From positions 124,744,001 to 124,808,000 of the forward strand of contig NC_043001.1 of the NCBI RefSeq assembly GCF_006345805.1: a stretch of 64,000 nt of DNA. The letters are read 5' to 3'. Each line of letters starts with the position of its first letter. Position 1 is the stretch's first letter. Shown here piece by piece: positions 24,952 to 36,094 of the stretch. Source of the stretch: Octopus sinensis (Eukaryota). Position numbers and translations under genes: made by a program. The notes below the pieces were generated by a model that did no database searches, was not told the origin of the DNA, and saw only the letters and a list, made by a program, of their open reading frames with translations.

Positions 24952-27220
24952 CATATATATATGACTAGTTATGTGACTATCCTCTACCAATCAAATCCTA
25001 TTCAAAACGTATTCTAATTAGGAGAGAGAGAAATGAAAAATTACTGTTTCGGTAGCTGTGATTTATTTCAATACTATACTGTACTACGGAATATATCAAT
25101 AGATTTTTAGCCAACACTGTATATATAAACAGTTGTAAGCATTGTGTCTTTGTACAATAGACACTATCTTTGCGGACAGTAAAATAACAATCAATTGGTA
25201 TAGTTTCAATCCTGGGTTGGGATTTTCATCAGCAAGTGATTGCCCTCTTTAACCGTGAGCAGAGACAGTGCTCATAAGCCCATAATTACTTGGATAGACT
25301 AATTAGCGTATAAGAAGCATTCTTCTCAGCTAGTTTAATTTGTAAGTTTCTGGTGTATTAGCAGTGTTTTGTTTTAGACGGTGATATACTGTACTAAAAT
25401 ACTAAAAACAATTTGATTGTACCTGCCTTACATACAATGTTGGCTAAAAATCAATGGCTATATTGATTAGAATAAAATTGCCTTCAAAGTTTGACGCAAG
25501 TTCAGCAATTTCAGAGAAGGTGCTATGTCGATCACATCAACCCAAGTGCTGAACTGGTATTTACATTATCGACACGCCTTGTTAGCATTCTGTGCAAGAG
25601 ACACCGAAATAAGGAGTGCTTCGGTTTGCAGGCATAGGAATACAGAATTAGGAGGAAACATTCGTTGGCGGGCAATATTGAATTTAATTCTTTCGAAGGA
25701 AAAGTTATTTCTCGTCTTTAACGCTACGGAAATTAGCCACAAGAAGTAGGTCCCTGTAACTGGGAAAACAATTTTAAAATGTTATCAAATCTTGCTGCTA
25801 TCCCGAAGCGAAGGTTTTAATTTAGTTTATAAATCTAACAGATCATCGACACCGTCTTGCTATCGCCCTTTTTGTAATAAACTGTCAACTCGTTGTCTTT
25901 AATAGGAAAACGAGGGGAGAAAATAAGATGAACATTTTTTGAAATATGAATTTTAATTATGAAATGTTATGAAATTTATTTTGAGAAATATTCATTTTGA
26001 TTTTTATTGCAAAGTTTGTCACGAACTGACTATGATGAAACTTCACGCTAAAACGTTAAAGAAAAGGACAAAATGTATTCTTGGAAAAAATTGTGGAAAT
26101 TATGGAACTCAACAACATCGATGCTAAAAGGTTATGCTTAAGTAATCAGTTTAATCACTGTTTGTTGCTGGGAGTTGTGGAGTTCTCCTGTGACCCAGGT
26201 GGTAGCAGGATTGGTTGGTTGGTTGGCCGATATCAGAATGGGAGTTCTGGTAGTCGATCTTTTATTATGATGGGGTGTCTATTAATATGTAACTGGCGAA
26301 GGAGTTCACCTGGGTCGATGCCACAGTTCGAGTGGAAATGCAGCAGAATTGGAGTCGATATAATCGACTGTACCTTTCTTTCAAATTTCAAGCCATATAC
26401 CTTTGTTAGATGCTATTATACATTTTACATTGATAATTACTAATACAATTTATGAGACTAAATTTCTTTATTGATAGCAAACACAAGTAAAAAGTAATTT
26501 AAACTACAATGGATTTGGAAACTAAATGTTATATAATATAAATTTGTCGTTGGTTTTCTTTAAATGTCAGTTGCGAACTGACAACTATTATGAAACTTTG
26601 TTGAAAAAGAAATCAAAAAACGAAAAGAAAAACGGTGTAGGTAGGAAGCTTATTGAGCACTACATTTCACGATATATATCATACAGTCATTGCCACTATC
26701 GCTTCTGGATTTGTACACCCTGTCAAATTTATGTCGACCCGTCTTGAATAAAGGAGGACACATTAAACAATGTAGTCGCTGGAAGATTAAATGACGATCA
26801 GAGCTATTCCGGAGTTAAACGATAACGTAGAGTTCCCGAACCAACAAGGGAGCGTGAATGTGGTTGCTCGACTTGCTAGAAATAGCAGTTAACTCTTTGT
26901 AATATCACCCTCTACTGGCTAAAAAATGGAGGACTTTGGATAATGGGCTTCGGGTCACAATATGTTAGAGTAAACGAGAGGATGATCACGATTGGAATGT
27001 CTTTGATCATAGATCTACTCAGTTAGGAAGGTAAACAACGAGAAATTCAATTAAGTGGAGTTGGTCGACTGTTAAGTGTTAAATGTCTTCACAATGGCCA
27101 CAACACAATACTGGAAACTACATTCGAACCGCTAACATCTTCAGTCTTTTGCTATAGAATTGACTCCCCATTTCTGTTTTTTAAATGTAATAAATTAACG
27201 TCGATAAATGACCTCGATAT

Positions 27221-27309
<89 letters not shown>

Positions 27310-30194
27310 TCTTTTTACTTTGTACCACATTCTTTTTTTGACTTTTTTTATATCATGTGTATGACTTTTTTTGCCTGTGATTAAATGTAAATGTAATTTG
27401 TTATGTGAGAGATTCAACACAATCAGCAATTAGCGATTTTTTTATTTTTATTTTATATTTATTTTTTATTTATTTATTTTTTTTGTAATTACGGTTAAAG
27501 ATAATTTATAATTGTAAGATTTCTTTCTCTTTGTATTAGAGTTTGCTGCTTGTATAAAACAAAATAATAGTGTAAATGAGATAACGTTAATATGGCGATA
27601 TTATGGTTAAGAAACTACATTTAAATGTCTGGAGTTGCGGCCCTCTGTCATCCGTTTGGTTATTTTTATAAACATTTAACATGAAATTAATTGACACGAC
27701 GTAATAAAAAAAAAGTAAACGAGTAACGTGAAGTAATGTGAACTAACTAACCAAACAACGTAATGTTAGGCCTGAGTAAACATAGAATAATTTTAAATCA
27801 CTGTAATCTATGACGTGCTCCTATAATCCAGCCACTAGAAGACTTGGCTGGTTGGCTGGTTTGAGGAGAGGAATCGGTTTACTGCGACGATCAGATGTCT
27901 ACGCTAAGCGATCAGATGTCTCTCTGGCGATGGAGCTCATTAAGACCTGATTGTTTAAAGGGAGTCGATTCGATCCAAGGCAAAGACGCAGCAGGCAAAA
28001 GACCTCGTGTCAAGCAGTAGCGGAATCGCGTCTATTAATAGTCATTGGCTAACGGTCTGTTCGATACAAGTGAACACTAGTCTTACATATTTGACAGTAT
28101 TTTTGCTAATGTTGTATTACTTCATAGTATTATGCTATATTGATTTTTAATTTTGGCACATGGCCAGTAATTTCGGGGTAAGGGATAAGTCGATTACATC
28201 GACCCCAGTTATCAACTGATGGTTATATTACTGATCCCGAAATGATGAAAGGCAATGTCGGCCTTGACGGAATTTGAACACAGAACACGAAGATAGATGA
28301 AACGCTGTTATTCATTTCGCCCGGCGTGCTAACGATGCTTATCATCTCACACCATCTCGTATCCTGCAAGAATATAATTCAAGAATGGATTGCTACCAAA
28401 TATGGAAGTGAAACTGAAGTTGACAGAAGTGTTGTCTTCTGTACCTTTTATTGCCTTTGCCTATGCCCGAAATATGGAGAGTACTGAAAATGAAACCAGT
28501 GAACAGATCATACTTTTGAACTCTGAAGGTTTCTTTGTTTTTCATTTTTTTCTTTTTCTTTTTTTTTTTAGTCGCCGTTTTATCAACATTTGTGACCAAA
28601 TTACAGCGACTTATTGGTGAATTTAAGCAAACGGCCAAACTGACAAGAGAAATGAAAAGAACCTGATGAACAGAATAAAGATTAATTCAGCATATGGAAC
28701 CTACATAATCTGCCTCAGCAGTGCCAACTTAACGCTGACATTATAGCGGATTAACAGATACAACAAACCGATTCAAATATTCGTAAATACAAACAATGGG
28801 ATACAATAATCTGTAGTGTGGTCGTTGTCTTGAGTGACACGACAGCTCATATTTACTGAGAACAAGAAGAATCTTCTTCAGAAATTTATCTAATTGTTGT
28901 TTGTCCTGTTCAATAACTGCCTGAAAACTGGTGACATTGATTCAGGACTAATCATTAGCCATGAACTGAATTTCATATTTCAACCAACAGAAACGTGGAT
29001 GAGTCATTCAGTGCCGATAATAATCTTGCTATTAGATCCTTGTGATAAACATCTTTCATATTTGATTGAGGATCAAAAGATTATAACCAGCAAATTACTG
29101 AAACCCTTGCTAGAAACATCACTCATAACTTACTTAATGAGAAGATTGTAGCACAGATAAACTTAATTTCCAAAGTAACCGTTGTAAATCTAATTTTCTG
29201 AATTTCAAATCTATTCATAAAGATGGTGAAGAATTAAGTTGGTATCTTGTTGACAATGTACCATATGGTGTAGAAGCATTGTAGTGATGGGTTCAAAATA
29301 AAGGAAGAGACGCTACCATTCTTAGAACTACTGAAAAACTCTTTCTATATCTGCTACATTGAAGATAATTTTCTCGCTAACTAGCATTCTCATTAATAAA
29401 CGATTGTCAAGTAAAACTGTAGTTACTATTTTTTATGAATAAAAATACATGTAATGAAATGAGTGAAACAAATAATGAATGATGTCATTTTAAAATGAAA
29501 ACTATACTTGCCTAATTAGTCACTTGACAGATAATTTTTTGTATAATGTTCATCGTTGAAACTATTATTTTATGTATAGATATTCAATATCAAGTACCAT
29601 TTCTTTGATATTTACGTAGTTGTAATAATTGCATTAACACGAGAATGCATTAATGCAATTATGGATTTGAGCCGTTTTTTGAACAGTTTTCTGCAGAAAT
29701 CATACAAAGTAGAAAATAGTTATCAAGCTTAACGGTATTACTATATTTTATCTCTGAATAGTGTAATAAATTATTGTAAAACACAGAAATAAATACCATT
29801 CACATCTGAATGTGCAGACTGCTTCGTTTATGGCGAAATATTTTGACCTTTTCGAACAGCTGCGATGCACCGGCAAGCATATATTCCAATATTCGAAATT
29901 TGGTTTCCGCATTTTCTTCCCATTCTAATCACACTTGTAATAAATACTGTTTTCTATTTATATATTTCGTGTAAATCAGACAGAGACAACCCTAGTCTCG
30001 TTTAAATCATTTCTCTTTGTTAAAGTTCCTTTTAGGGAAGTATTCAAGCAAATATTAAAACGTTATTTTTCAATATTGTTTAGTGCAACGTATATTGCAA
30101 TATGTATCTTCATTATATCTTAATATCATAATCTAAAAAAAACTAGCTTTCTACATTTTAACTTTACTTTATCATTTTCAATACGTTTCATTCG

Positions 30195-31125
30195 TTAACA
30201 TCCAAGTGCCCTCCTTGTTTCCATCAGTTGGACTGCTAAGGCTCTCCAGTTCCCTGTCTTGTGCTTCATACACACAATTAGCTACGCTCTTGTTTCCGGT
30301 TCGTTCTTCGATGTCGTCTGTCGACAATCATGTTTGACAGCCTCTTGCTCTCCCCTTCCACACTTCCTGTAAGGATAGTCTTGGGCAATGTCTCGTGGTG
30401 CATCGTATGTCCAAAATATGATAGCTCTATGGACTTGATTCTCGACAGTAGCCATGCTTGAACTTTCAGTTTTCTACTACTGTAGAGTTTGTTACACTGT
30501 CTTTCCAGTTTAATCTGTTCAATCCACGAAAGATCCATATCTCAAAGATATCTCTTTTCTTTTCTTTGCTCTGTCCTGTAGAGGACGATTGACACAATAT
30601 AACAGTTTATTAACCTCAGGTTTATGTGCAGTGTTATGTCTCTTAAGTTGAAGATCTGTTTTTATCCTTATAAACGTATTTTTAGCCTTATTTATTCTTT
30701 GAGTAGCTTCTTCTACACAGCGACCTTCCCGATTTATTATTTGTTCTAAATATTTGGCGTCTTTTATTTGCTCAAACTTCTATCCATGAACCTTTGCATT
30801 TGCTTTCTTTTGTTCTGTCTAATACAGAAGCAAGATGCAAGCACAGAAAAGATGTATTTGCATTTTTCATAGATTATGCCAAGACATTTGACACCACAGA
30901 GTGCTCATCACCTGTTTAGAAAAATCCGGCTTTGAAGGAAGGGACATCTGAAGGGTTTATCGGTTGTATTAGAACCAAAAGGAAGCCATTAAAATAGGCC
31001 AGGAACTGTCACAACCAGAATAGATAGAAAGAGGTGTAGGACAAGGATGTGTGTTATCACCATACCCATTTAATATCTGCATTGCGTATATATATATATA
31101 TTCAGAGAGTCATATGAGGTTGACG
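30195..31125 (-). mobile_element. RTE-clade LINE with inverted 5' segment
   Basis: 30820 to 30195 (minus) gives KFEQIKDAKYL...LSYFGH...KTILTGSVEG. 30821-31125 (plus) gives CKHRKDVFAFFIDYAKTFD...ERGVGQGCVLSP, i.e. upstream RT motifs in the opposite orientation. Confidence 0.8.
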
Positions 31126-31815
31126 GGAGTGCGGTAGTTGGGGTGCTAGTCATGGTAGCTGTTGTTGTTACTAGCGAATGAAAATAATATATCTTTGGAA
31201 GCGTGGAGAAGTTCCTAGCACTCGCGAACCATTATCAGAAGATTCTATTACTGCACATAGTGCTTTCTTTGTTGGTCTTTTACAAATGCTAACACTAAAT
31301 CTCTTGCATTCTTTTCCTTTATTAACTCTCATTTTCCCAACAGTACTCCCCGTCTGCCTATCACACTCTCTCTCTGTCTTTCTTTCTCTTTTCTCTCTCT
31401 CTTTCTCTTACACACAGACACACACGCACTCATTCACTCACCTTTCCCTTCTCTTCCACTTCCCCCTTCTATTATCCCTATAATTCATCCCACTTTCTTT
31501 AATGTCTCTTCACGTGAAAATCTTTTCACCCATCTTTTCAGTTTCTCTCCCACTATTCTCTTTTCCCTCTCTTTCTCTCCTTATCTCTGTCTATGTATCT
31601 ATATCTCCCTATTTCTCTCTTTCTCTCACTCTCTCTCTCTCTTTCACTCATTCTCACGCTCTCTCTTTCTCTCTTTCCTTCATTTCTCGTCTCCATTAAT
31701 ATTATGGTTCTCTTCGTTTACCATTCATATCTTCACTCTCCGCTCATTCTTTTGCTAATCATATTTCCTCTCTCTTTTACTCCTTAATTAACTTTCTTCC
31801 TATCGCTTTATTTCC

Positions 31816-31915
<100 letters not shown>

Positions 31916-32642
31916 CATATTTCTCTATCTTTGCCTGTTTTCTCGAATTTTCACTCCACCGTCCTAACTCTTTCTTTCTCTTTCCATATTGAACCTTTTC
32001 TGTATCTTATTACTTACCTACCTAAATATCGATTTCTTTCTTGATACATTTATCCTTCACTTTCTCTTATTAATTGCTCTTTTTATCCGTCTCCCCTCAT
32101 CTCTCTTTTCCATTCATTCTTCTTGCTTCAATCTCTATGGGTTCTTTTTTTGTTTTCATACACTTTTCTCTATTTCTCTCTGCTTTTCACTTTCAGTCCA
32201 TTTCTCTTTCCCTTTTCTTCATTTCTCTCTTATTTTCTCTTCAGTATCTTCTCGCTCTTACAAACACACATTCCCCCCAAGTCTTTCCTACTCAGTTCTA
32301 TACATCCATCAATTTGTATTCCACACATTGTCATTGAGTCTAAGGGCATAAAATATATATTACTCCATCTTTATTTATCTCTTTCTTTCAATTTTTTCTG
32401 AGTATGCTTTACCTCTTATTTTCTACCTTTATTTTTCTCCTACTCTTTCTTATGCTGGGTGATGGCGTATGGCCTTAGTGCTTAATGTGAAGGGTTCATA
32501 ATCATGAAATCATGGGTTCAATTCCTCGACAAGGCAGCGCATTATGTCTGGGCGCGAAACATTTCATTTCACGTTATTCCAGTTTACTTAGTTTAAAATA
32601 CGCACTAGTCATAATCAATCTACGAACTTTTCAGCCCACCCT

Positions 32643-32692
<50 letters not shown>

Positions 32693-32693
<1 letters not shown>

Positions 32694-33944
32694 AGGGGTT
32701 GGACAAAATATTGGAAACACCTAGTATCATACCATCATAATTTTGAAATATCTATAAAACCGTCAAAAGCTTGTTCATTTTTATGCTTTTGATTTATTAT
32801 TATTGTTCCTTAATATGTTTTGCTAAAATTGTTGTTTCTTTTTCAGATATCATTAGAAAAGGTAATTAAAATTCATTAAAATGACAGATTTATCGGACTT
32901 TCAAAGAGGTCAAACTGTTGGTGCTTGTATAGCAGGCGTTAGAGTAACTAAAACAGTACTGTCTCGAAAGTAATGACAAACTTTGAGAAAGAGGGGAAAA
33001 GCTCCTCGTCGAAACAAAACCAGAACTTTCAGATAAGGACCGTTGGACTCTTACGCGAATTGTTAGAAACGATGACGAAAGTACAGCCCCCAAACTTGCT
33101 GCAGAGCTTAATGACCACCTCGAGAACCCAGTTTTTTCAAAACCTGTACGCCGAGAGGTGCACAAAGCCGGATTTCGCGGGAGGGCTGCAATCAGAAAAA
33201 CCCTACTTTCAAAAACAAGCATTGCAAAGCGTTTACAGTTGAGTAAAAACCTACAGAATTAACTCCTAGAGCAGTGGAGGAATGTTATTCTCTCGGATGA
33301 GTCATCCTTTACCTTATTTCCGACCACCTTATTTTCTTATTTCCGACCACTGGCCGATTATACGTGTGGGGACAACGAAAAGAAGCATTTGACCCAGACT
33401 GCCTTCTTGCAAGTGTTAAACATGGAGGAGGATCTGTGATGATCTGGGGGGCTATATCTTGAAAATCCGCCAGCCCAATGGTTTCCCTTCATGGCAGAAA
33501 TAATAGTCAAGACTATATAAGCATTTTATCTGATCAAATTCATCCTTTTGTGGCGGAACTGTTTCCGGAAGAAATCACAATCTTTCAGGACGATAATGCA
33601 CCAGTTCACACAGCTAAAGTTGTTACTGAATGGCACGAGGAATATTCTAGTGAAGTTGAACATCTTATTTGGCCACTGCAGTCCCCAGATCTCAATATCA
33701 TTGAACATTTATGGTGCATTTTAAAAAAAAAGTAAGGTGTCGATATCCTCCACCATCATCACTACAAGAACTGGAGACTGTTTTAGCTGAAGAATGAACA
33801 AAAACCCCTTTTAAAACAATTCAAACTTTGTACGAATCCATACCTCGTAGAATTCAAGGTGTAATTACTGCCAAAGGCGGTCTTACATATCAAAATAAGT
33901 TTGTGTGGAATTTTAAGCTGTTTCCATTCATTTGTCCAACCTTG
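32693..33944 (+). mobile_element. Tc1-family DNA transposon (1252 bp), defective
   Basis: TIRs CAGGGGTTGGACAAAATATTGGAAACA / TGTTTCCATTCATTTGTCCAACCTTG with TA TSDs at 32691-32692 and 33945-33946. Confidence 0.92.
32881..33900 (+). pseudogene. Tc1 DD34E transposase, frameshifted
   Basis: MTDLSDFQRGQTVG..., SDESSF, IFQDDNAPVH, WPLQSPDLNIIEHLW and ESIPRRIQGVITAKGG, spread over several frames with stops. Confidence 0.9.
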
Positions 33945-34733
33945 TATATGTATGTGTGTGTGTGCGCGCGCGCGCGTATAGATAGATATAGCTATTATAT
34001 ACTTACACACTCACATATATATATACAACGGGGTTCTTTCTGTTTCCGTCTACCAGCTGAGAATATTCACTAACGTATCCCTCTTTCCCTGAAGATGGCA
34101 TATCCTCGATGCTCTGCTGGGTCAAGGGCAACACTTATCCTGGATAAAGAAATGCTCGAGGAAAGCAACTGAATCTGCTTCAAATAATGAAAGAATTTCC
34201 CGTCAGAAGACGTGATACCCACCGAGCAGAAACCTTTCTCATACCATATTCACTGTGCAAAATATTCTCAACTTGGTTATTTGTGTTATAGTCAATCATC
34301 TGACATCCATTACTAAGTGGTGAACGCGATGAATGTTTACCATGGAAGTGGCAGTTGCGGGGCCTCCAGACCTTGGGTCATTTTACAAGACTCTCCCTTC
34401 CTCTTCTAAATGTTGCTGTCCCCTTTTGCACAGTCGATTAAGCTGGGGCGTCATCCTCTAATGTAAGAAGCATGTAAGCACGAATTTCGTTGGGAGCTAA
34501 GCCATTTTTCTACAGGCACTTGTAGAAAAATTCTGTCTATTTTTCAAGAAAAGTCATTAGTTATTGTTAAGTCTTCTTTGAACAGTCAGATGCCAGTTTA
34601 CCTGGAAACTTCGCAGTTATTAATAAGAACTGTTAAAGTTAATGCATACAAAATTTTACAACTCTAGCACCACTCCTTCATAATAAATCTACGAACTTTC
34701 TAGTCGATTCTTGTGTGTATACATATATATATA

Positions 34734-34764
<31 letters not shown>

Positions 34765-36094
34765 AGATTGATTGATAGATATAGATATAGATACTATATA
34801 TATATTGCAGGGTGGAAGGTGTTTATAAGCCATTTAAAAACACACACAAAGACCATTAGATTTGCTTCAACATTTAAATTCAATTTGCCAAAGTATTTTC
34901 GTCGCTTTGAGACCGCGACAGGTTCACTGAAGGAATTTTGTCATATGTATATATATATATTTATGTCCGACGGAGTTCTTTCTGTTTCCGTCTACGAACT
35001 CCACGCATAAGGCTTTGGTTGGCCAGGGCTTATAGTAGAAAACTTTTGCTCAAGTTGTCACGTCTGCGCTAATATAAGTGCGTGTGTGTGTGCGCGCGCG
35101 TGTGATATAAATTTCTGTTGATTCACAGAGAAGCTATAAATTACAGAACCCAACTCGTAAATGTAAAATATTCTTTAATACATTATACCTGAAAATGCTT
35201 GTCTGAGTATCACTTATAACTGTAAAAACTCAGTACTCTGAGCTTCGCGTGTCCGAGTTATCAGCTGATAATCCTAGTTATCAGCCAGTTTTCTCTTGTA
35301 TTAACTTTTGTTTAAATATATTTTTAAATAGTATGCAAAAGTTATTAAGAAAATTACTGGGGTTTTTTAATATTATTTGCTTCAAAAAATTGTGTGAGTT
35401 TTTAAGCGGCTGTTTCAAGCTCACTGGGGTGGAGATATTCGAAACCTCTTAAATCTCAAACAAAGGAGGTCACTCTAATAACTATGCTTTCTTGAAACAA
35501 AATCAATGAAAATTTTTTCTTTGCAACTCAGCTATTTAAAAAATTACAAAATTAACGCGTGTAAACAATGATTATATCACAGTAAGAAAAAGAATAACAA
35601 CATTGAGTCACAAGTTAAGATTTTCACTTATTTTTTTACTTTGGTGATGACTTTGGCACAGCAAAGCAGCGTATCAGCTGCTTATCTGCACCATTCGACA
35701 CACTTTAATTCGTTGTGGGGCTTGCAGTAAATTTTACTCTGTCCTTCTGAAGGTGTATCAACACCATATTATTGATATAACAGATTATTTACACTTCCGG
35801 TTTTGCAAATGACCCTGAGGCTTATGCAACAGCAACATAAGTACTTAAAATGAGTACGTTATATATACATACATATATATATATATATGATACTTTAAAT
35901 GAAATTAAAAGGTTCTCGGTAAGTTGAGCGCAATATATAACAGGGTTTTAATGCCCAGTTATAAGCCGAATTCGTTTGCTTGCTTGGTTCATACTCTCTT
36001 GGAAGTAAGGAGCTCATATTTTCTCGAAGGACACTGTACTTGATTACCACCCAGTAAAAATTCTTAGATTTCTTACTTAAGAAAGAAATCTTTA

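Noticed and set aside
25102-25452. 21-bp inverted repeat (25102-25122 / 25432-25452) suggesting a MITE
   Set aside because: Ends and TSD could not be defined. It is left as an unclassified possible repeat.
28640-29400. Coding-like stretch with a KINSAYG (PolB motif B-like) string and integrase-like phrases
   Set aside because: Many stops in every frame and no second diagnostic motif. It needs tBLASTn/HMM to classify.
35441-35477. GAAA-CCTC...GAGG-TC half-hammerhead downstream of RASSF
   Set aside because: No CUGANGA or stem I partner nearby.
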